Origin: Octopus vulgaris
Lineage: Eukaryota
DNA length: 64,000 nucleotides
Reading direction: 5' to 3'
NCBI GenBank assembly: GCA_951406725.2
Contig: OX597835.1
Coordinates: 42,346,001 to 42,410,000 of the forward strand
Shown here: piece after piece, positions 1-11,950 of the stretch
Layout: every line of letters begins with the position of its first letter
How positions within the stretch are numbered: position 1 is the first letter of the stretch
Notes under the pieces: generated by a model
The model's input: only the letters and a program-made list of their open reading frames with translations
Told to the model about the DNA's origin: nothing
Databases searched by the model: none
Program-made: the position numbers and the translations under genes

Positions 1-569
1 GACTAGAAAAACAGCCAACAACTGACGAAGGGTCGTTCTTTATGTTGTTTGTCTTGTTTTCCATTTGTATCTTTTATTGTTAGAAAAAATAGTTCATATT
101 TTATGTACTCGTATTTCCTATTTTTTTTGTTGCACCCATTTCATGAAGTGCCCACTTATGCATATATATATATATTATTATATATATTACTGAAGCATTG
201 TATTACAACCGGATGCTCTTCCTATCATCAACCTTTAAGTAAAGGCTATTTCAAGCAACATGTCTCTTATTCTGTGTCTTTGAGAGCCCAAAGCCAACAG
301 CTGATTTGTTGACAAGGAAATGACAACAACCACTGGCCTACTGATGTTATCATTTGTAGGTCAGAGATTTTTTTTTTGGGGTGGGGGACAAATGAAAAGG
401 TCAACAGTTACTCAGGCACATATATTCGAAACCATAATCGATCTGTATGTTGGACAAATTGCTCAACTTGCTCCCCGCTTTCTTTCGAACAACTTGATGT
501 AGTTAACAATTATTTAAAAATTTTTTTTAAAAACCCATATTTCTGTAGTAATTAAATATCCATTTTCAG

Positions 570-731
570 TCAGTGCAACAAGAACTCGAAGCTCGGGAAC
601 AAACTTTGGAAGCCTTGAAGTCTGCTGGAAGCATCCCTGAACAACACATTGAGGATCTGGTATTTTTATGGAAACGGATTAATTTATTGAGTGAAAGTCG
701 AGAGGCTCGTTTAAAGGAGGCATTAACTTTG
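570..731 (+). CDS. MACF1: Spectraplakin (MACF1/DST/Shot family) exon A, spectrin repeat; gene begins upstream of window
   Basis: ttttcag|TCA...TTG|gtaaat; 162 nt, phase 0-0; SVQQELEAREQTLEALKSAGSIPEQHIEDLVFLWKRINLLSESREARLKEALTL, matching a spectrin-repeat helix C pattern (W...R..RL..AL). Confidence 0.88.
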
Positions 732-987
732 GTAAATATCATTTCTTAATTTGATAAACACTATAATTCCATTTCTGTGATTGTCTGTTTTCCTGACAAT
801 CACAGTAAAGACTTTTAGCTGTTTTTGTAGTTTGGTTGTTTGTTATTGAAACACTGACAGGTCATTTAATTAGCTAAATACACAACTGGAAATATTTGTT
901 ATAAGCTTAACTGTCTATATATAACTTGTATACAGTTATAACTGTAAGCATAGTTTCTTATTTATTACATAAGAACATTTATTTTTA

Positions 988-1311
988 CGGAGATGTACTT
1001 GCATAGCAAGTGATTTGATCTGAGATCGTGTGCTGAAACGAAAACAATTGCAGCCTGGAAGGTGTTTGTAAGCCATTTAAGAAACACACAAAAGCCGTTC
1101 GATTCACTTCAACATTTAAGTTTAATTTGTCAAAATATTTTCGTTGCTTTGAGACCGCAACCTGTTCCCTGACAAAACTTCGTGATGCAGCATGGATTTT
1201 TATCAGTGAACAGGTCGCGGATTTTAGTGACGAAAATATTTTGACAAATTAAACTTAAATGTTGAAGTGAATCAAACGGCTTTTGTGTGTTTCTTAAATG
1301 GCTTACAAACA
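988..1311. mobile_element. Foldback/MITE-like element with long inverted repeat
   Basis: Arms 1063-1144 and 1230-1311 are near-perfect reverse complements, extending inward imperfectly; a related internally deleted copy lies at ~40170-40295. Confidence 0.75.
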
Positions 1312-1504
1312 TTTATTTTACTCAATTTAAATCTAATTTTGCAAGTAATTATCTTCAAAACTAAATATTTGTCACCCTTGCATTTTCCATGAGTATCCAG
1401 TAGTTGACTGGGTACGATACCAATGGATTTCTTGCTAATCATTTCTCTGCTGGAGGTAAAATGTAAATATTGTAAAGACAAACACCACAATACATACATA
1501 CACA

Positions 1505-1790
1505 GCACATGGCCTAGTGGTTAGGGTGTTGTACTCACAATTGTGAGATTGTGAGTTCAATTCCCCGACTGGGCATTGTTTTGGTTTCTTGAGCAAAGAA
1601 CTTCATTTCACATTGCTCTGTGCTCATTCTGATGTGGCACCCTGTTGCACCTGTACAGGTAATGTCGATCTGATGGAGGAAGTGAGCTTATCTCTACACA
1701 GACATTTGATCACCATAAACGAATCATCTGTGTGGTTGTTCGGTAAGAAATTGATGAACCCTCATACGTTGTCTAATGATGGAAGAGTCT
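1505..1790 (+). mobile_element. tRNA-headed SINE, family C
   Basis: A box TGGCCTAGTGG, B box GTTCAATTCC, then tcttgagcaa...cttcatttcac; related copies at ~6200-6510(+), 6585-6910(-), 14160-14470(+), 17648-17960(+), 34131-34420(+). Confidence 0.75.
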
Positions 1791-1795
1791 ATTAT

Positions 1796-1847
<52 letters not shown>

Positions 1848-3547
1848 TATATATAGCTCTCCAGCTCCTGTCAAACTGTTCAACCCATGCCAGATGAATG
1901 TTAAATGATGATGATGATGTATGTATATATCTATCACACACACACACACACACATGTGTATAAAGTTGCTCTCCTATAAGTTTCCATAAGTGAGAAAGAA
2001 AACATAGGCACTCATTTATCAGGCAATAGAGGGGGTTTATTATTATTCATATAAATTTAATCTCCTAACAACCAGTTTATGCATCTAAATGGTTTCATGG
2101 TGAAGAACCAAGTGTTGAAAAGTGAATCCATAATCACTGGACATGGCTGAATGAATAAGCATATCTTCATCTCTTTATTCTTTTCTACTCTAGGCACAGG
2201 GCCCAAAATTTTGAGGGAGTGGGAACTGGTGCTTAATTTATTGACATCCGAAAGGATGAAAGGCTAAGTCAACCTCAGTTGAATTTGAACTCGGAACATA
2301 AAGACAAACGAAATGCTGCTAAGCGTTTTGCCAGGCGTTCTAGCGTTTCTGCCAGTTTGCTGCCTTGATCCCTTTATTACTGGAGGCCTGAAATTACTAC
2401 ATTCAGTTTATGGGTCTCAGATGTTCAAATGATTATTAATTTACCTGTTTTTTAGTCTTAAAAAGGTTCTTCAACAGGAAACCGTTTGGTAACTGAAATT
2501 GCTGTTGTTTTGGGACTAAAAAAGCTGGCCATTAAAATTCTCTGAATATTTTTCTATCTCCCAAACACCAAATTAATAATGACAAAATTAATTACTGTAC
2601 TAAATTTCTTCTAAACCTTACTCGTTAGTATGTTTTCAGGCAAGTCAAGAAATACTTAATTGCTATTGTTTTTATTCAATTAGCTAAACAATGGAAACGT
2701 CTCCTCCCCCTCCTGCAACAACAAGAAGCCTTAAGATTGGTTATAAACTATTTCACATCAAATTATCTACTCTAATTTATGCAAAAATATGTAAATGTTT
2801 GCAGTAGACTTGTATTCATAAAAATGTCAAAATTTATTAAGAGAACAAATAATTTTTTTTTTTTTTTTGTTTTTCTTTATTGGAAAAATCTAATTTATAT
2901 TCTGGAGTTATGCTTGTTTGACAAGTGATTCTTGATTTGAAATTGGGTGTTGAAGCAGAAAGAATTATTATCAGAGAAGGAACATTTTAATGATTGAAAA
3001 AAAAACAACCACACAAACACTGTTAAATTCATTCTTAATTTCCTTCATGAGGTGCCAAAAATTTTGTCAAACCTCATCATGATCTTTAGCATAACTTGAC
3101 AGAGATGCAGTTGAACAGTGTCAACGGTGAAGGTTGAAGTTTCTGCTACAAAGACTTTCGCATCTCATCAGATAAACTAAAAGCAAACAAACTTTTGTGT
3201 ATTTCTTTCTTTTTAAAAATTGCTAAAATGACTTTTCCACAATTTAATCGCTAACAATAATTTACAGTTTAATAATCTTTACCCATCTTTTGCCCTTCAT
3301 CTCCTAGCATAAAGTTGCCCCCTTTTAAAGTTTGTAGTCTTGCCAACTGCATGGTGGCCCTCACTATTGCCAGTTGAGATGAGACAATGCACTCCAGTAC
3401 ATTTGAAGTGGTAAGCAGTAAGGACATCCAACTGTGGAAACCCTGCCAAAGCAGACTGGAACATGATGCTAATCTTGGGCCCATTGAATCCTGTCAAAAC
3501 ACCAACATAGAACAAGGATATTAAATGATAATTTACTTCTCTTTCAG

Positions 3548-3673
3548 GCTGATGAATTCCAAGATGTTGTCCAAGTGATGAGAGAATTTCTTCCAACTGT
3601 AGAATCTGAGTTAAAATTCCGACCCTTACCTGATGATGAACTTTCCATAATTCATTTGATCGAACGACATGAA
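3548..3673 (+). CDS. MACF1: Spectraplakin exon B, spectrin repeat
   Basis: ctttcag|GCT...GAA|gtaagt; 126 nt; ADEFQDVVQVMREFLPTVESELKFRPLPDDELSIIHLIERHE. Confidence 0.92.
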
Positions 3674-3769
3674 GTAAGTTTATTTCCTCATTTCTATTTT
3701 TTTCTTTTGTAATTTTTATATCTCCCCCTCTTTCACTTCTTGTTTTTTTCCTCTCTAAAATTGCAATCG

Positions 3770-4714
3770 AACCTTTTAGCATTTAAACCAGCCACAATAT
3801 TTGACCCATTTTATGCTCAAACTAGCCATATCTGGCCTCTCGCACTTACCCTACAATGTCATTCTAAAAATTAAGTTACCTCATCAAGATTTCAAAGCTG
3901 TGAGACAACGCATGATTAATTCGCGTTAGGAAGGGCATCCAGCTGTAGAAACTCTGCCAGATCAAGATTGGAGCCTGGTACAACCATCTGGTTCACCAGT
4001 CCTCAGTCAAATCGTCCAACCCATGCTAGCATGGAAAGCGGATGTTAAACGATGATGATGATGAGTGTGAATTAATAAGCTTTACATTTGACAGAATAAT
4101 ATGAAAGTCAAAGGGTTAAATATATCCATACATATACATGCACGCACATATGCAAATTTCAACGTTTTGCCATGCCTGGATTGGCAGGCAGTTCTCCTTC
4201 TCCACAAACGTTGTCATTTAACCAGGTCCTGTCTTGTCACCTCTGTGCAATGCAACAACTTCAGAGCAATTTATATATTTTAACCCATTAGCATCTAAAC
4301 CAGCCGTATCCAACCAAAATAGTCTCCCTGTTTAATGTTCAAACTGACCTGATCTAGCCTCTCATGCTTACCCTACAATGTCAGTATAAAACCATACAAT
4401 CTCATCAGTAAAATTTCAAAGCTATGAGATATTGCAGGATTAATTGATAACGATGTGAATAATTAAGCATAACATTTGATAGGAATCTGAATTCTCAGAG
4501 GTTAAACCAGCCATATCCACCCCAAATATTCTACCTGTTCAACATTTAAACCAGCCGGATTCAGCCTCTCACACCTATCATTCAATGTCATTCTAAAAAT
4601 AAACAATCACATCATTGAAATCTCAAAGCTACAAGAGAGGTCAGGATGAATTCAAAGCAATATGAATAAATAAACATTACATTTGAAAGAAAATTCTTAA
4701 TGCTAAAGGGTTAA
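3770..4714. mobile_element. Cluster of piggyBac-type MITE copies; first copy interrupted by an RTE 3' tail (~3924-4063)
   Basis: Ends of the form TTAA-CCCTT(T)AGCAT...ATGCTAAAGGG-TTAA; three related ~220 bp units; another copy at ~42388-42613. Confidence 0.7.
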
Positions 4715-5022
4715 TTATACTAATTAAAATTTAATACTTTAGAATGATAAATTCTAATATCATCCTTTTTATACAGACTTACCTGAGGCCACCTCTAGTT
4801 CTAAGATACAAAATTCCTATTTTAAAATTATCTAAATAAAAATCTTCCAAGATTTCATGTAAATATTTTACAAACACCTGCTTCATAACGAGTCATTTCA
4901 TTAACTTCATTATTTCCCAGGGCCTCAAAGATCAGTGGCAGGAAGGGAGAAAGTTAAACATACATGTCTGTGAAAATGTGTGTGTGTATATATTCTATTG
5001 CTTGTGTAAATCAATTTTTCAG

Positions 5023-5166
5023 AAATTCCAAGAACGTCTTCGTAATCACCAAGACACAGTTGACAAAATCAAGGTCCTCGCTGAAAGAATTTTAAAACAC
5101 TGTCACCCAAATGCTGTGAGATTTGTCAAATATTACCTTACAATCACTCAAACACGGTGGGATCAA
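5023..5166 (+). CDS. MACF1: Spectraplakin exon C, spectrin repeat
   Basis: tttttcag|AAA...CAA|gtaagt; 144 nt; KFQERLRNHQDTVDKIKVLAERILKHCHPNAVRFVKYYLTITQTRWDQ (CHP-A...W motif of the penultimate MACF1-type repeat). Confidence 0.93.
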
Positions 5167-5225
5167 GTAAGTACTACGACCACTACCTGTTATTATTCCA
5201 TAATGAAACCATTCTTTAAAAATAT

Positions 5226-5459
5226 ATATTTCTTTACTACCCACAAGGGGCTAAACACAGAGGGGACAAACAAGGACAGACAAAGGGATTAAGTCAATTA
5301 TATCAACCTCAGTGCGTAACTGGTACTTATTTAATCGACCCCGAAAGGATAAAAGGCAAAGTTGACCTTGGCGGAACTTGAACTCTGAACGTAACGGCAG
5401 ACGAAATACCGATAAGCATTTCGCCCGGTGTGTTAACGTTTCTGCCCGCTTGCCACCTT
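5226..5459 (-). mobile_element. tRNA-headed SINE, family A (central GCCTTTCATCCTTTCGGGGTCGATAAATTAAGTACC motif)
   Basis: Near-complete copy; others at ~2178-2366, 10340-10623, 12103-12318, 12930-13132, 14480-14693, 24050-24257, 36365-36555, 38240-38440, 45259-45470, 50402-50627, 63208-63408. Confidence 0.85.
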
Positions 5460-5560
5460 CTATGAAAATATAGTACAGCATTAGTATTGAGGATAACTAC
5501 TAGGTATTCTCTGACTGGTTGTGGGGTAACCAAAATCTTTATATTTTATTATGTAACTAG

Positions 5561-5880
5561 CGCAGCATGGCTGTGTGGTAAGAAGCTCGCTTCCCAACCA
5601 CATGGTTCCAGGTTCAATCCCACTGCGTGGCACCTTGGGCAAGTGTCTTTTACTATAGCCTTGGGCAGACCAAAGCCTTGTGAGTGGATTTGGTAGACGG
5701 AAACTGAAAGAAGCTTGTTGTATATACATATATGTGACAACTGATGCTGGTGTGTTTACGTCCCTGCAACTTAGCAGTTCAGCAGGAGAGAGTGATGGAA
5801 TAAGTCCTGGGGCCGATTTGTTCGTCCAGTGGCAGCGCTCCAGCATGGCCGCAGTCAATTGACTGAAACAAATGAAAGAA
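5561..5880 (+). mobile_element. tRNA-headed SINE, family B (CORE-like CACCTTGGGCAAGTGTCTT)
   Basis: A box TGGCTGTGTGG, B box GGTTCAATCCC; 3' end gctccagcatggccgcagtc...gactgaaac; copies at 7337-7700, 19500-19820(-), 46063-46450, 49823-49984(-), 52390-52773(-), 54772-55168. Confidence 0.85.
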
Positions 5881-7773
5881 TAATACTTGTGCATGTTCAG
5901 TTGTTTTTATGCCCAGAGTAAGTTAATGCCTTGCAGCCTCTTGTACCAGGGGACCAGGGTAGTGTTGTTCTTCAGAGAATTCCATGCCAAAGCACCCTGC
6001 TACAGTTTCTGCAACTGATTCTGATTTCATTGACTCCAAAAAAAGCAAAGGCAACTTTGGATTAATTTGAGCTCTGAACATGAAGACTGACGAAATGCCG
6101 CTAACCATTTTGCCTGGCATACGAATGGTTCTGCCAGCTTGCTACCTTAGCCTGCTTCATAATATTACTATTTACTTAAACATTATTATTATTATTATGA
6201 GGACTCATGGCCTAGTGGTTGGGGTACTGCACTCATGATTACAAGATCATGGTTTCAATTCCTAGACCGGATCGTGTGTTGCGTTCTTGAGCTCAGCACT
6301 TCATCTCACACTGTTCTGTGATCACGTTGACACCTGACACATGGCACACCTTGCACCTGTTCAAACAACATTGATCCGATGGAGAGAGAGAGAGAGAGAG
6401 AGAGAGTGAGCTTATGTGCAGCACAAAACATTTGATCCATATAAACAAATCCTTTGTGCAGGCCATTCAGCAAAAGCTGTCAACTCGTTACGTCGCCTTC
6501 GACAGGAGGCTCTCTCATTAGTCTACAGTTAAGTTCTCTGCTATACATACTTTTGTAATATGTTGCTGGATTGCTTTAAATCTGAGACCCCCTTTGGTCA
6601 CGACACTGACCATGGGATTGCACCTAGAAAATTACCCTCCCAGGCACAAGTTCAGGCAAGGTTGTTTATGGAAGACCAGCAGTCACCCATGCATACCAGC
6701 CTCCCTTCTCCACGCCACCAGTGTTATCCAAGGGAAAGGCAAAGGGGCCGATACAGCTTGGCACCTGTGACGTCACAACTCATTTCGACTGGAGTAACGT
6801 GAAATTAAGTGTCTTGCTCAAGAACACAACACACAGCCCAGTCCAGGATTTGAGCTCACAACCTCACGATCGTAAGCTCGGCGCTCTAACCACTGAGCCA
6901 TACGCCTTCACTATTGCTTTAAATATGACATGCTTTAATGTACTAAAAGCTTTCGTTTAAGATTATACTCTGCTGAAACTAAGTGGGTGGTGATGGGGGG
7001 TGGTGCTTAATATACCTGTGCATCTTTTATGCCATTAGATATGGTATATTGTCTGGGTTTATGGAATTGGTAAGTTATGGGGGATTGCAGATGAAAGGAA
7101 TTATAAACAGCGATTCTGTTTGTCTGCTGGTTATTATATTCTTCATATTTAGATTTAGTTAGCACAGACACTTTGGTAAATTAGAAAAACAAAAGACAAC
7201 TACATTCTTTAGTTTTAAGCCAGATTATTTCAAGAACTATAACACTGTTTCCCTTTCATAATCTTGCAGCTTAATCAATGCTTAATTAAACATGCATTTA
7301 ATTAAAGAAAAAGAAAATACTTAGGTGTGACTCTTAGGTGCAGGTGTGGCTGTGTGGTAAGAAGCTTGCTCCTTAACCACATGGTTCCAGGTTCAGTCCC
7401 ACTGTATGGCACCTTGGGTAAGTGTCTTCTATAGCCTCAGGCTGACCAAAGCCTTGTGAGTGGATTTGATAGATGGAAACTGAAAGAAGCCCTTTGTGTG
7501 TCTGTGTCGGTTTGTTCCCCAACATTGCTTGACAACTGATGTTGGTGTGTTTATGGTAAAAAGTGACCAATAAAACAAGTACCAGCCTTAACCAAAAATA
7601 AGGGCTGGGGTTGATTCATTCGACTAAAATAAATTGGTTCAAGGTGGTGCTGCAACATGGCCATAGTTTAATGACCGAAACAAGTAAAAGTAAAAAGATA
7701 AATAGTAATTCATATTAATTTTGAAATAGATTTTTATTAATTAATCTCATTTGTTGTAATCATTTAATTGCAG

Positions 7774-7962
7774 TTGATACAGCGATCCCATTCCAGAGCC
7801 CAACGACTGCAGGATGCATTGAAGAGTATTCAGGGAAACGCTGCTTTATTAGAAGAATTACTGGCCTGGTTGACCGATTGCCAAGTGTTACTGGCAACGA
7901 AAGAGAAAGACCCAATTCCAGAGGACATTCAAGTTGTAGAGACCCTATTAAAAGAGCACCAG
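7774..7962 (+). CDS. MACF1: Spectraplakin exon D, spectrin repeat
   Basis: ttgcag|TTG...CAG|gtaagt; 189 nt; LIQRSHSRAQRLQDALKSIQGNAALLEELLAWLTDCQVLLATKEKDPIPEDIQVVETLLKEHQ (LLEELLAW motif). Confidence 0.94.
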
Positions 7963-8818
7963 GTAAGTTGTGGTAGGGGTTTTATTAACCAAATGTCCCA
8001 GTAATGAGGGACCAAGTTTGGAGAGTTCCAGAGTTTTGAAGCATGTGGAACCACCTCTAAGCTGCAGTTGTTTCCTACACCTGACAGGTGCAACTACTCT
8101 GACCTGGAGTAGTTGTAGCTGTCAGGGTCTCAGATATTGTTTAAATAGCACATTAGGGCTTATCTACCTGGGTGTGTGAAGACTGGATCTGCTGAACTAT
8201 GCAGAAGAATCCCTTATGGTTCAGCAGGGGGAAGGGCAGCCCCAGCAATGCATTGTGGAGTACAGAGAGTAAGGCAAGGTGAATAAGATGTCTTGGTTAC
8301 CCACTGCACCCGTCTCTGTCCCCAGTTTTTTTTACCAGGTCGTGTCATCGAATGGAAACAGGTCACCGATGACTGAGTGAGGTTGACAGTGCAGAACTCT
8401 TCTTCACTTGAAGGTCCCCACAAAAGTCAGCTGTCATTCTCAATGATGACTAGATAACTTGATGACGATCATAACTTTGAAATTTAGCAAATATTTACTT
8501 AAAGAACTATCATTATTTAATGCCTGCTTTCCCTGCTGGCATGGGTTGAATGGTTCAACCGAGGACTGCACCAAGCTCCAATGTCTGCTTTGACGGGGTT
8601 TCTACAGCTGGATGCCCTTCTTAATGTCAACCATCTTACAACATACTGGATGCTCTTCATGTGGCACCGAAACCTATCAAGTTACCAAGTAACTCGCAAA
8701 ATAAAACCCTTTCCTGTAAATATTCACTAAATATTTATTTAACTGTTTCACCAAAGTTTTTAACTTTGTTTAAAAGACCCAGTGGCCTCAAAAGTGGTTT
8801 CCGTTGCTTCTTTTGCAG

Positions 8819-8919
8819 GATCTTCATGAAGAAATCACAAGTAAAAATGCCGATGCTGATCGACTGACCAAAATAGTGACAAGTGAATCAAAATTATCTC
8901 AAGGACGGCATTATGGAAG
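8819..8919 (+). CDS. MACF1: Spectraplakin exon E, last spectrin repeat and insert
   Basis: ttttgcag|GAT...GGAAG|gtaaat; 101 nt, phase 0-2; DLHEEITSKNADADRLTKIVTSESKLSQGRHYG. Confidence 0.9.
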
Positions 8920-9187
8920 GTAAATGGAATTATTGATTTTTTTTTTTTTACCATTCTGAGACTTGAGTAAATCTCTTCAAATGTTCTGTATTTATAAAAT
9001 ACTTGAGAAAGCCATATCTTTTATACACACACACACATACAACCGTATTACCTGTCATATAATGGGGGGGGAACTTTGGAATTATACTTTTGCCATCATG
9101 GGTAATATCAGGAAATACTTGAACTTTTTCTGTGATTTGTCTATTCTATAGTGAATTACTGATCCGATCTCTTCTATTTTTTTCTAG

Positions 9188-9320
9188 TAATTGGAGATTA
9201 AATGAAATCGATGGCCACAATCCACGAGTTATTGCTCTGCAGAATAAATGGAGAACGGTGTGGCGTATGTCTGTAGACCGCAAGAAGAAATTACAGGATG
9301 CGTTGGAAACTTTGATGGAG
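9188..9320 (+). CDS. MACF1: Spectraplakin exon F, end of last spectrin repeat
   Basis: tttctag|T...GAG|gtgagt; 133 nt, phase 2-0; SNWRLNEIDGHNPRVIALQNKWRTVWRMSVDRKKKLQDALETLME (NPR...W..VW...R..L.DAL motif). Confidence 0.93.
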
Positions 9321-10963
9321 GTGAGTTTATTCATTTATTTCACATTGCAGTTGATGTACAAACAGTATCATGTTTAATAACGAGCCAATCACTAATCCAT
9401 TGATTTAATTTTCATGACTATAGTGGCAAGGGGAGTTTCTGTAATTTGTTGCAGAACAAATATTGGTAAACACTTCACTCTGAAGGAACAGTGATAGCGA
9501 AGGATATACCTAGGTAAATGTAGGGTTAGGGTTAGGTGCTGGTGCCACATAGAAAGCATCCAGTCCACACCGTGAAGGGGTTGGCATTTGGAAGCTGTAA
9601 AAAAATGATGCCAAAACTGACCTTTCCTGTGCTAGTGTCATGTAAAACGCACTGAGTCCACTCCGCACAGTGGTTGGTGTTAGGAAAGGCATCCAGCCGT
9701 AAAATCCTTGCCAAAACAGACACAGTAGCCTAGGGTAGTTTTTCTACCCGGCTAGCTCCTGTGAACCGTCCTACCTCTGCAAGCATGAAAGATGGATGTT
9801 AAACGATGGTGATGATGATGATGAACTTGTATTAGATTACTCTTTTAGTCTAAAGACTTCAGCTATTCTGTCTGTCACCACCATCAATTTTTTAGGGATG
9901 GGACTTCACTGAAGGGCAGTTTCTAATTTAAATGTGGGAGAGGGTGGAATATCCCGCCGTCTTATGCTGGTTCAATTATTTCACAAGTTAAACTCTTATG
10001 TAATTATGTCCCTTGGTTGTTTGTTACTAATTATCTTCCCTTGTTTCTGGAGTTGAAGAAGTTTTCTACGTCATCACTCGGACACCCCCTCACTCCCTTC
10101 TCTACATGTAGTAGTAACTAAATCTCCATCAAACATCTCATTATCTTCCCCCTCTGAAACATCGATCAATGCCCAGTTTCCGTTCGATGGAGTCACCCTT
10201 CTCTCCGTTTCGCTCAGAATTATTTTCTTAATAAATATCCTAGAGTTACATCCCTTACCTTTTTTTAACTTTTTACTAGTTTCCACGTCTAAGGGAAGTT
10301 TTGAAAATTGCTGATGGTGGTGTTGGTGCTTTCTAATTTAGGTACAGGGTTGATAAATTAAGTACTAATTGAGTACTGAGGTAGATGTAATTGCCTAGTT
10401 CCCTCCTCCAAATTTCAGGCCTTGTGCCTATAGCAGAAAGGATTATTATTATTATTATCATCATCATTATTATTAAGGTGGTGAGCTGGCAGAAACGTTA
10501 GCATGCCAGGTGAAATGCGTAGCTGTATTTCGTCTGCCATTACGTCCTGGGGTCGATATAATAGACTTAATCCGTCCTTGTTTGTCCCCTCTGTGTTTAG
10601 CCCCTTGTGGGAAGTAAAGAAATAAATTTAGGTACAAGACCAGCAGTTTTAAGGAAAGGGGTCAACTGGTACTGTCAACCCCAGTATATGACTGATACTT
10701 TTTGTTAGCCTCTGTGGGATTACAACTAAACAGTCACTCCTGCGCCTATTGTTACCGATTCCACGAGGTGGCTGATGGTTTATATGCCATGGATGTTAAA
10801 TGTTGTTGATGATGATGATGGGCAACCATACTCATTGTGGTTTTAGAAAGTTTTACCTGATCAATATTTTTTTCAATTCTTTATTGATTATTGCATTTAT
10901 TGAACCTGGATATAAAGTGTTAGAAACTTTATGTTTATCTTCTCTGTGTTTTTTTTTGTTTAG

Positions 10964-11126
10964 CTTGAAAGTTTTAAGAACTTTGACTTTGACCTTTGGC
11001 GTCAACGATATCTGAGCTGGATTCAAGAAAAGAAACTTCGCATCACAGACTTCTTCAGGCGGCAGGACAAAGACTGCGATGGAGCTTTAACTCGTAAAGA
11101 ATTTGTAGAAGGAATGATACAGACCA
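10964..11126 (+). CDS. MACF1: Spectraplakin exon G, EF-hand 1
   Basis: tttgtttag|CTT...ACCA|gtgagt; 163 nt, phase 0-1; LESFKNFDFDLWRQRYLSWIQEKKLRITDFFRRQDKDCDGALTRKEFVEGMIQT, with canonical loop DKDCDGALTRKE. Confidence 0.95.
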
Positions 11127-11837
11127 GTGAGTAATGCATTATTTTCAAAATAATTTCAGATAGTCTCAAAACAGTTTGACATTCTGGTGGCATCGGTTTT
11201 TTTAAAAAAGATTTGCTTCTTTAATTTAAGAAAGCAAAAAAAAATTATTTTTGGAAAGTTCTGAAAATTTAATGCTTCCAAATTTATCACAACAGAGTCC
11301 AAACTGCATTTAATTCTTTAATATATTTATATACCATTCTGAAGACAATGTTCAGAGCTATTTATCCTAAAACAGCTTTTAACATCCTACCAGTATGATT
11401 TTTAAAGAATTAACTGCAAGAGTAAAGATTCCACAAAACCTTCAAAGATACAAAGAATAACTTAATATTCTTCAGTTGGTAAAACTCTGTAGCCAGGTAT
11501 TTTTTCCTATTTCTGGATGCAATTGTAGAAATATGTAGACTGGCTCTCCATCAGTTGTGACAATTTCAATTGATGCAATCAACAGAATGGTCTGTGCATA
11601 AAATTAATGTGCAACTGGCTGAGTTCTCCACAGACAAGTGTACCCTTAACCGTTTAGCTTTCAGATTATTCTGTCAAATGTTCTCGGCTAAAGGTGGTGC
11701 TCCAGCATGGCCACTGTCAAAATGACTGAAACAAGTAAAAGAATATCTAAAATCAACTCCAGAAGAATTCAACTGATCTGATTTGATGATTTTTTTTAAA
11801 AAAGCTTTCTTTTTTTTTTGTTTCGTCTTTTTTGCAG

Positions 11838-11950
11838 AATTCCCAACCAACAAAACAGAACTTAATGCTGTATTCGATATTTTCGACCCAAACCACACTG
11901 GAAAAATTGTCTACAGAAACTTTATTGCTGCCTTGAAACCAGACAGACAT
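11838..11950 (+). CDS. MACF1: Spectraplakin exon H, EF-hand 2 (degenerate loop)
   Basis: tttgcag|AA...CAT|gtaaga; 113 nt, phase 1-0; (K)FPTNKTELNAVFDIFDPNHTGKIVYRNFIAALKPDRH. Confidence 0.94.

Noticed and set aside
1505-1580. tRNA genes at SINE heads (also 17648, 46063 and others)
   Set aside because: A and B boxes are present, but there is no full cloverleaf or terminator and each continues into a SINE body.
3297-3782. 161-aa minus-strand ORF
   Set aside because: Antisense shadow of exon B plus intron sequence; no recognisable domain.
8000-8430. Possible LINE 3' remnant (FFLPGRVIEWKQV)
   Set aside because: Resemblance too weak to call without a profile search.
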